Of a stretch of DNA of 32,000 bases, positions 15,520 to 22,903 are shown in pieces (the stretch's first letter is position 1; each line of letters starts with the position of its first letter). The notes under the pieces were generated by a model. The model was not told the DNA's origin and ran no database searches. It saw nothing but the letters and a program-made list of their open reading frames with translations. Made by a program: the position numbers and the translations under genes. Origin of the DNA: Candidatus Zhuqueibacterota bacterium (lineage in GTDB: Bacteria; Zhuqueibacterota; Zhuqueibacteria; Zhuqueibacterales; Geothermadaptataceae); NCBI GenBank assembly GCA_015485525.1, contig WFTM01000433.1, positions 1-32,000 of the forward strand, read 5' to 3'.

Positions 15520-16530
15520 ATGAAACGGACTTTGTATAACTCCCTGATCATAACAGGCATTTTCCTGCTCCTGCACAGCTGCGGACGCCTGCCGGGTTCT
15601 GCTTCGCGCAGCACGCAGGTCAACCTCGAAATTGATATCTCAGAAAAAGCTATTGGAAAAATTTCACCGGGCAAACAGATCGCCGGGCCTGAGACAGTGA
15701 TCATCACAGTCACAGCACCTGATATCACCGATCCCATCGTCGTTACAGCAGGTATCATCGGCCGCCGTGCGCAGGTGGATGTGGATGTTCCTCAGGGTGA
15801 ATCGCGAACATTTACGCTGGAAATCACCGGGCCACGTGGCTTTATCTGGTACACCGGCACAAAGACGGTGGACCTGACCGAGCAGCAACTGAGCATGGCA
15901 ATCCGCGCAGTAGATGCGTGGACAGATGCCGGCAATTCGTCCCTCGACCCGGCGCAGATCACCAACGTTGTCTGGGCCAGCGCTATAGACGCTGCTTTTG
16001 CTGAGGAAATCGATTTGCCACCCGACGAGGAGGTGTATTTCTGGGGGCTGGCTTTTTACATGGGTGCAGGAGAGATCAAACCCGATGAATACGAAGTTGC
16101 GGCCTACATTGGCAACCTGGCAGATGGTTCAGCACAGCAGTTTGTTTCCGGAAATCCGGCGCTCACCGCAGAACAGTGGAACACCATCCCGATCAGCTGG
16201 AATGATGAAGAGGCCGCGTTGATTTCCGGAAAAATCAACATCGGCCTGATCTACAAAACCGATCTCGGCCAGCCGCGGATCGGCTATGAACCGAAGAATT
16301 CGGCAAAGACCTGGTTTTTCTCGCCCAGCTCCGGCACCTGGCTGAATGTGGCCAATGATCTCTCCTCGATCAATCCCGGTGCTCTCGCTGTGCGCGCGCT
16401 CTTTTTACGGCGTACCCTGCCTGCGGCGGATCCGCAGAGTCTGATCGCCATCTCGCCTGATGGCACTGTAGAAAAATGGCCGATCACTCACGGGCAGATT
16501 TCCAGCCAGACCCTGCACCAGGTGCGCTGA
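15520..16530 (+). CDS. Lipoprotein of unknown function
   Basis: MKRTLYNSLIITGIFLLLHSCGRLPG carries a lipobox (LHSC). It is 336 aa and I recognise no family motif. Confidence 0.7.
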   Translation: MKRTLYNSLIITGIFLLLHSCGRLPGSASRSTQVNLEIDISEKAIGKISPGKQIAGPETVIITVTAPDITDPIVVTAGIIGRRAQVDVDVPQGESRTFTLEITGPRGFIWYTGTKTVDLTEQQLSMAIRAVDAWTDAGNSSLDPAQITNVVWASAIDAAFAEEIDLPPDEEVYFWGLAFYMGAGEIKPDEYEVAAYIGNLADGSAQQFVSGNPALTAEQWNTIPISWNDEEAALISGKINIGLIYKTDLGQPRIGYEPKNSAKTWFFSPSSGTWLNVANDLSSINPGALAVRALFLRRTLPAADPQSLIAISPDGTVEKWPITHGQISSQTLHQVR

Positions 16531-16608
16531 AACCGGCTGCAGTTTACAGCGCAGATGACACACTTCAGCCTCGCTCGCTGCGAGGTGTTCTGTCAGAAAA
16601 CTTCTATG

Positions 16609-16663
16609 AACAACAAACCCCGGCCGCCATCGTCCTCAACGATGCAGCCGGGGTTTGTTGTTT
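16609..16663 (+). terminator. Long perfect hairpin, probably a rho-independent (bidirectional) terminator after the lipoprotein gene
   Basis: aacaacaaaccccggc (16609-16624) pairs perfectly with gccggggtttgttgtt (16647-16662). The GC core ccccggc/gccgggg is followed by tttgttgttt. The loop contains an inner catcg/cgatg stem. Confidence 0.55.
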
Positions 16664-16710
16664 GCGGTGGCAGGGGCAGTTATGTGAGCATACAAGTGCG
16701 GGCGACAAAA

Positions 16711-16883
16711 CGTTCGTAGTGCACGCTTTAGCGTGCCTGAAACCCGCCAACCTTCCGGGAGTACCGGAGTACCCCCGGAATGGATGCTGGCTTCCAGAGC
16801 CGCGAGTATCCCGCATCGCTCGTGGGACTGCCCCGCGGAAGCGGGGCAACAGGAACGTCTCACCGCAGGGGCAGTATGAGAGA
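16711..16883 (+). repeat. Family B repeat, full-length copy B4
   Basis: cgttcgtagtgcacgctttagcgtgcctgaaacccgccaaccttccgggagtaccggagtacccccggaatggatgctggcttccagagccgcgagtatcccgcatcgctcgtgggactgccccgcggaagcggggcaacaggaacgtctcaccgcaggggcagtatgagaga is colinear with the reverse complement of 24905-25080. Confidence 0.8.
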
Positions 16884-16885
16884 AT

Positions 16886-17152
16886 ATGAAGAAAAGCCTT
16901 TACGCTTTTGCCATCTCAGATTTCATCATTTTGCAACAACCAGCCCCATTTGCTCAAGATCCGTGTGCAAAAGGCCGAAACCCGGAATTCACCTCCCCTC
17001 GGTCTGCGCACATGCCGGATGGTCGGTACACAAAGGTAATGTACAAACCCAATACTTCACACGTCGCACACCACGCACGAGTATCGGGTTTCTTCATTCT
17101 GACTAAGGACGACTCGCATGGACGCGATGACCCACACCCGGATGGAATCTGA
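16886..17152 (+). CDS. Possible small secreted protein (88 aa) or remnant of a paralogous gene 5' end
   Basis: ATG start. The N-terminus MKKSLYAFAISDFIILQQPAPFAQD resembles the signal peptide of the adjacent giant protein (..VFLIQPAPSFTQD). The SD is weak, third-position GC looks lower than in neighbouring genes, and I recognise no domain. Confidence 0.3.
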   Translation: MKKSLYAFAISDFIILQQPAPFAQDPCAKGRNPEFTSPRSAHMPDGRYTKVMYKPNTSHVAHHARVSGFFILTKDDSHGRDDPHPDGI

Positions 17153-17182
17153 ACCGACTACGCTATCGACAAGGAGCCGGCA

Positions 17183-20100
17183 ATGCGGTTTGTGCAGTTA
17201 TCCGCTATCATCACTCTCGTTTTCCTCATCCAACCTGCACCTTCTTTTACCCAGGACCTGAAGTTTTCAGACATCTCCAGAGCCGCAGGCATCGCCTCGC
17301 CGCTGGACACAACGGGTTACGGCCATGGTGCCAGCGTCGCTGATTTCAACAACGACGGCTATCCGGATATCTATCCGGCGATGTATGAAATATACAACCC
17401 GCTCTACCTCAACAACCACGATGGCACCTTCAGCAATCAGGCTTCTGCCTGGACAGTTGGCGGCAAGAAAGCCTGGCTCGACCGTGGCATTGCAGCCGCG
17501 GATTATAACAATGATGGCAACATCGATATACTGCTCAACAACGCCTGGGAGCCCAGCGCCCTGTTCCGCAACGACGGCTCGTCATTCACCGACGTAGCCA
17601 CAGATCTGTGGATCAACTTCCGCGGACAGGCTCAGGGTGTCCTCTGGTTTGACATGAACAACGACGGGCTGCTGGACCTCTTTTTCCCGAGTTACAGCTC
17701 CGAGTCCGAGCTCTACGTTCAACGCAGCGACGGCAAGTTCGAAAACCGCACAGGTGCAGCCTGGCTGGGAAACACCAAATACGCGATTTCCGCCATCGCC
17801 GTGGATGTGAACAACGACGGATTTCTGGATATGTTCGTCACCCGGGGCGAGGGTTACAGCAACCTGCTGCTGATCAACCGCAACGGCTCCACCTTCAGTG
17901 ATGAAGCCGCGAAACGGGGTATAAGCGACACCAGCGCTCATGCCCAGGGCCTCACTGCCGGAGATTTCGATAATGACGGCGATATCGATATCTACGTCGC
18001 CAATGCGACCGGCACCAACATGCTCTACCGCAATAACGGCAGCGGTTATTTCCGCGACGAAGCCTGGAATCTCGGCGTCGGCGACTGGCATCGATCTCTG
18101 GGTGCACACTTTGCTGATTTTGACAACGACGGCTGGCTGGACCTGTATGTGGTCAATTTTGGCAGCAACCGCCTGTATCACAACCAGGGGGATGGCAGTT
18201 TCCGCGAGGCAAACTCCAGCGGTGCGGGCGGCCAGTCATTCTGGGCCAGCTATGGCTCCGCAGTAGCGGATTTCGATCAGGATGGCGATCTCGATATCTT
18301 CTTCACCAACTCCGGCCAGGAGAGCACGCTCTTCGACAACCAGACCGAGGCGGGGAACTGGATCGACATCGCCCTCGAGGGCAGCCGCAGTAACCGGGAC
18401 GGTATCGGCGCCAAGGTGGATTTCTGGGCCAACGGGCGCATCCATCACAACCAGATGCGCGCTTCGGACGGTTTTGTTTCAGGTGCAATTCTGCCCATGC
18501 ACTTCGGGCTGGGCAGCGGCACCTACGCAGACAGCATCATCGTGCGCTGGCCTTCGGGCACGGTGACGAAGCTGTTCACCGTTGATTCTAACCAGAAAAT
18601 TCTCGTCAAAGAAGAAGGCACGACGACCTACAGGCGCTTTGAAATCAACTTCAGTGAGGCGCAGGACAGTGGGCTAGACAGTTTCGCGCTCACCGGTGAT
18701 ATCGCTGTCATCGACATCGACCGGGATGAACGTCCGGATATTTTCGCCACCGGCAACCGGGGCAGCGAGTTCTTTCTCCTGCGCAACGAAGGTACCGGCC
18801 GCTTTGTGCGCAGTGACAGCAGCTTTGGCCTGACAGCACCCAGAAGCTCTGGTGTCACATCTTTCCTTTTTATCGATTTCGATGCTGATGGCGACAGTGA
18901 CCTGCTCACGGCCGAGACCCAGTCTGGCCAGGCACAGCTCGCTTTGTACAGATTCGATGCAGGGAAATTTTTCAGGGACACTGATGTTCTTCTGCCGCAA
19001 ATCGAAGCCGACAGCGTGCACTTCATGTTTTTCGGACAGATCGATCCGGATGGCATCGATGACCTGTTCCTGATCGCTGGCGCGCAGCGCAGAGCCCTGA
19101 TTTTCCTCGGTAACCGGCAGGGTGGATTCACCCAGTCACAGAGTAGTGCTTTCCTGCCCGAGGGAATCGGCAACAGCCGGCTCGTCGATTTTGACCGTGA
19201 CGGCGATGTCGATTTGTTTCTCGAACGCAATGGCGTAGTTGAGCTGTATGACAACCGCAGCGGTGAATTCAGCCGTATTTTCCCCCCTGGCCTGCCGGCT
19301 GGCAGCGCCCTCAAGTCCTTTGAGATCGCGGACATGAATTCCGATGGTCTCCCCGACCTGCTGATCAGCCAGACCAGCAGTCCGGCCTATGCCATCTATA
19401 CGTATGACGGCAGCAGCTTTGGTAAAACCTGGGAGCAGGAAGCTGCCGCAGAAGTGCCGGTCTCTGATATTGCCGCAGCTCTGGTTCTCGATCTGGAGAA
19501 TGATGGCGATCTGGATATGATGCTGCCTTCGGCGCAAAATAAATTGCATGCCAACCAGGGGGATGGTACGTTCCGGCCCATCGACAACTCGCGTTCCGGC
19601 CTGCCTGCTGACCTGCCCGGTGCACGCCACACCCTCACGCTCGACAGCAACGGCGATGGCCTCACCGACGTGCTTTTTATCTCAATGGAGGGTTCGGCCT
19701 CCCTGTTCAGAAACGCTTTCAGCGACGCTCGCAACTGGCTGAACGTCCGCGTCGCAGGCCACAACGGCCGCATGCCGGCTGCAGGTGCCGTCGTCCGGCT
19801 GCTGGCAGAAGACGGCCAGCCCGTTGCTCTGCGCATGCTCGACGCCGGCAACAGCAACGGCCGCCAGCAGAGCTCCCTGCTCCATTTTGGTCTCGGAGAT
19901 CGCGACCGGGCCGACCTTGTCATCGATTTCCCCGGCGGCCAGAGCAGAAGTTTCACCGCCGTCCCCTCACGCCAGCTCTTTGACGCTGCCCTTGACCGGC
20001 CAGTCGTCACGATCATTTCTCCGCAGGATCAGAGCACGGTTTATGGCGACAGTATCCGGGTTCACGGTGCGGTTTGGGATGCAACGATCAGCACGGTCTC

Positions 20101-22141
20101 GATCAACGGAGTGGGTGTTCCGGTGCTGGGTGGGGAGTTCAGCCATGTGCTTGCTGTAACAGCAGGGATGACCAGTCTGACAGTTTCAGCGACTGACAGC
20201 CAGGGCAGAGAAAGCCGGGCCAGCATCGAAGTAGTGGTGGTGGAAGACCGCACCCCGCCGGCGCCTGCCGATATTCTGCTCATGCCCGTGCTGCCGCGCG
20301 TGGTCATGCAGGTGAGCACGGACGAGCCGGTGCGCCTGCTGCTGGAATATGGCTCGAAACAGCGGGCGACGCAAAAATTCTACGCGACGACTTCCATCGT
20401 TCTCGATGATCTCGAATCCGACTCGATCTATTCCGCGCGTCTGACCCTGACAGACAGAGCCGGCAATACCACGATACAGGAGCTGAAGCGCTTCATGCCC
20501 TATCCCGCACAGTTTCGTCTCAGCCTGCCGGCCGGAGCCTTTGCCCCACAATCCGGTCACTCCATAGCCGGCCAGGCAGGGACAGAGCTGCCACCGGGTG
20601 ACAGCCTGACTGCCGCGGTGAGCATCCCTGAAGACGATACCTATTTTGTTCTGCTCGACAGTGAAAGCCGTCTGAATACGCAGGTTCTGCTGAAAATCGG
20701 TGATTCTGAGCGCATGCTGGCGGTTGGGAAAGATGACCTCTCCCCTCGCCTGGCACGCTTCACCCTGCCTGCCGGCGAGTATGATCTGATCTTAAAAAAT
20801 GCGGCCAGCGACAGCAGTGGCCCGGATGTGTTGAACATCCGTGAGGTGACGATACTGGGGCCGGATGCCGGTGACATTCTGCCTCCTTTGCTTGTAAATC
20901 TGAATACCGAAGTCCTCTCCCCTACCTCGTTGCGCCTGCGCTGGCAAACCGACGAACCTGCTGCAGGCAGCGTAATTTACCGGCTCCTCGGAGGAGCAGA
21001 TTCCCTGCAGACCGATTTCGGTTTTGCTGCCGAACAGGATATCGTCCTGGAAAATCTCTGGCCGGACTCGACATATCTCTACACGATTTCTATGCGGGAC
21101 AGTGCCGGGAACAATGAAGTTTATGCGGGCAACAGCTTCTTCATCGCTGTCAAAAGCGATTCTGTCCCCCCCGAACTCTCCGGCATTTTTGCTCTGCAGA
21201 CAGGCAAGCGCAGCTTTCGTTTCAGATGGAAAACCGATGAACCCAGCCGTAGCTGGGTTGAGATCAACGGTGCCGGCAGCGCTCTTCGCAGCGATATCAG
21301 TACCAGGTATTCGCGGCTGCACGAGCACACCATCACGGCGCCAGAGGCAGAAGGCAACTACACCGTGCGCCTGCTGGCCAGAGATTATGGGGGCAATACC
21401 GCTGCGGCAGATACGAGCCTGCTGCTCCCGGATGGTAATTTTATCGCTTTTTTCGAGGCCGGAACCGTGCAGGAGCGCACGGGTGGGACGATAGCGGAAA
21501 ACGGCGGCTGGCTGGCGCACTCTGCAGGCTATCTCGGGCAGAGCATCTCCCTGCCGGATAGCGGGAACTACCGCCTGCGCTTCGCGGCACGCAGCCTGGC
21601 AACCGGTGCTTCGCCGCAGGTAACCCTCTCAGCCGGAGGTGATTCGCTGGCAACCTTCGCGGTCGCAGGAGACAGCCTGCAACGTTTTGCCGCCCAAATT
21701 TCTCTTCCGGCTGGTGACTCCGATCTCCGCCTGGCGTGGCAGGATGTGAACCCGGCAGACAGCTCAGCCTTTCTTCAGATTGACTGGCTGGATGTCAATA
21801 AATTACCTATGACAACGGGTGTCGTGGACGGACAGCAGCTGGCTGTGCCAACGAATTTCCAGGTCTCTGCCGCCTATCCCAACCCATTTAATCCGAGTAC
21901 GGCGATCAAAATTTCTGCGCCTGAGACGGCAAAAATACGTGTGTTGATTTTCAATATCACCGGACAAATCATTTTCAGCCGGGAACTCGGGAGAGTGAAT
22001 GCAGGAGAGTATGTCTTTCGCTGGAATGGACGCGATGATAAGAACAGAGTCGCAGGCAGCGGCGTGTATTATGCCCGAATCGAGATACAGAGCGCCAAAG
22101 GGATGGAATTTTTCGTGCGCAAACTCAGTCTGCTCAAATGA
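17183..22141 (+). CDS. Giant secreted FG-GAP/VCBS-repeat protein with two ASPIC/UnbV domains, Ig/Fn3-like and CBM-like modules and a type-A T9SS C-terminal sorting domain
   Basis: The SD aaggag lies 7 nt upstream. There is a signal peptide. FG-GAP-type repeats recur (DFNNDGYPDI, DYNNDGNIDIL, DMNNDGLLDLF, DFDNDGDIDIYV, DFDQDGDLDIFF and others). Two UnbV/ASPIC blocks are present (RSNRDGIGAKVDFWANGR...HFGLGSGTYADSIIVRWPSGT, and a second ending HFGLGDRDRADLVIDFPGGQ). Three Fn3-like modules (..LRLRWQTDEP.., ..FRFRWKTDEP..) are interleaved with two CBM-like modules. The C-terminus is AYPNPFNPSTAIKI...GEYVFRWNGRDDKNRVAGSGVYYARIE...RKLSLLK. Confidence 0.9.
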   Translation: MRFVQLSAIITLVFLIQPAPSFTQDLKFSDISRAAGIASPLDTTGYGHGASVADFNNDGYPDIYPAMYEIYNPLYLNNHDGTFSNQASAWTVGGKKAWLDRGIAAADYNNDGNIDILLNNAWEPSALFRNDGSSFTDVATDLWINFRGQAQGVLWFDMNNDGLLDLFFPSYSSESELYVQRSDGKFENRTGAAWLGNTKYAISAIAVDVNNDGFLDMFVTRGEGYSNLLLINRNGSTFSDEAAKRGISDTSAHAQGLTAGDFDNDGDIDIYVANATGTNMLYRNNGSGYFRDEAWNLGVGDWHRSLGAHFADFDNDGWLDLYVVNFGSNRLYHNQGDGSFREANSSGAGGQSFWASYGSAVADFDQDGDLDIFFTNSGQESTLFDNQTEAGNWIDIALEGSRSNRDGIGAKVDFWANGRIHHNQMRASDGFVSGAILPMHFGLGSGTYADSIIVRWPSGTVTKLFTVDSNQKILVKEEGTTTYRRFEINFSEAQDSGLDSFALTGDIAVIDIDRDERPDIFATGNRGSEFFLLRNEGTGRFVRSDSSFGLTAPRSSGVTSFLFIDFDADGDSDLLTAETQSGQAQLALYRFDAGKFFRDTDVLLPQIEADSVHFMFFGQIDPDGIDDLFLIAGAQRRALIFLGNRQGGFTQSQSSAFLPEGIGNSRLVDFDRDGDVDLFLERNGVVELYDNRSGEFSRIFPPGLPAGSALKSFEIADMNSDGLPDLLISQTSSPAYAIYTYDGSSFGKTWEQEAAAEVPVSDIAAALVLDLENDGDLDMMLPSAQNKLHANQGDGTFRPIDNSRSGLPADLPGARHTLTLDSNGDGLTDVLFISMEGSASLFRNAFSDARNWLNVRVAGHNGRMPAAGAVVRLLAEDGQPVALRMLDAGNSNGRQQSSLLHFGLGDRDRADLVIDFPGGQSRSFTAVPSRQLFDAALDRPVVTIISPQDQSTVYGDSIRVHGAVWDATISTVSINGVGVPVLGGEFSHVLAVTAGMTSLTVSATDSQGRESRASIEVVVVEDRTPPAPADILLMPVLPRVVMQVSTDEPVRLLLEYGSKQRATQKFYATTSIVLDDLESDSIYSARLTLTDRAGNTTIQELKRFMPYPAQFRLSLPAGAFAPQSGHSIAGQAGTELPPGDSLTAAVSIPEDDTYFVLLDSESRLNTQVLLKIGDSERMLAVGKDDLSPRLARFTLPAGEYDLILKNAASDSSGPDVLNIREVTILGPDAGDILPPLLVNLNTEVLSPTSLRLRWQTDEPAAGSVIYRLLGGADSLQTDFGFAAEQDIVLENLWPDSTYLYTISMRDSAGNNEVYAGNSFFIAVKSDSVPPELSGIFALQTGKRSFRFRWKTDEPSRSWVEINGAGSALRSDISTRYSRLHEHTITAPEAEGNYTVRLLARDYGGNTAAADTSLLLPDGNFIAFFEAGTVQERTGGTIAENGGWLAHSAGYLGQSISLPDSGNYRLRFAARSLATGASPQVTLSAGGDSLATFAVAGDSLQRFAAQISLPAGDSDLRLAWQDVNPADSSAFLQIDWLDVNKLPMTTGVVDGQQLAVPTNFQVSAAYPNPFNPSTAIKISAPETAKIRVLIFNITGQIIFSRELGRVNAGEYVFRWNGRDDKNRVAGSGVYYARIEIQSAKGMEFFVRKLSLLK

Positions 22142-22160
22142 CCGGAAAATTTACTTACAG

Positions 22161-22200
22161 AAAAAGCCCGGCAGCGAGCTCGTTGCCGGGCTTTTTTGTT
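22161..22200 (+). terminator. Rho-independent terminator of the giant gene
   Basis: aaaaaGCCCGGCAgcgagctcgtTGCCGGGCttttttgtt lies 20 nt after the stop codon. Confidence 0.8.
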
Positions 22201-22239
22201 CCGATCAATTCTCATGCCCCCCTTGCGCAGATAAGACAC

Positions 22240-22572
22240 TCAGCCTCGACTCCCCTGCATCGGAGGCTGGTCACGGTCGCCGGGGCGGCGCATGCGTGCG
22301 CGCGAAAACTGCCACAGCAACAGGACAACAAATGTCAGAATGACGAGCACGATCGTGACAGGATAGGGTTCAAACTCAAACCAGCGCTCATACTGGCTCT
22401 GATTTTGTGGAGAAGCTGAGAGCGGGGAAAACAGGGCGAGAGAAAGCAGCAGAGAAAAGCCCGGATAACTGGCAGCAAAAACGCGGAACAGCCCTCGCCG
22501 GCGTGCTGATGATGGAAAAAATCCGGATGATTTCAGCGAGGGTCTTCGGGGGGGCACTTCAGTACTGTTCAT
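22240..22572 (-). CDS. Possible small membrane protein (110 aa), unknown function
   Basis: ATG start. It has two hydrophobic segments (FSLLLSLALFSPLSA and VTIVLVILTFVVLLLW). I saw no recognisable family and no convincing SD. Confidence 0.3.
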   Translation of the reverse strand: MNSTEVPPRRPSLKSSGFFPSSARRRGLFRVFAASYPGFSLLLSLALFSPLSASPQNQSQYERWFEFEPYPVTIVLVILTFVVLLLWQFSRARMRRPGDRDQPPMQGSRG

Positions 22573-22903
22573 GCAAAAATCCGAAATTGTTCAACATGAC
22601 GGATTGACGCCGGCACAGCCGGTAGAAAACAGTAGCGAAAAGCGCTTTGAATTGCAAGCAGATTTTACTGCCCTGCCGCGTTAAGGTGCAACCAGGACGG
22701 CAGGCAAAGAGGCCACCGGAGACCTGAATGGTGCTGTAAAATAGTCCACGATGTTGTCCTGATTGGGAACAAGAGTTAAAACCCTGCGGAAGGAAAGCAT
22801 GAATCGTCTGGCCGCTGCATGTAAATCGTGGCTACTGTTCCCTCCGCAGGGTGATTGTACCTCAGGCTGGTTTCAGGGCTTTTCAGGCGGCGAATTCCTC
22901 GCG

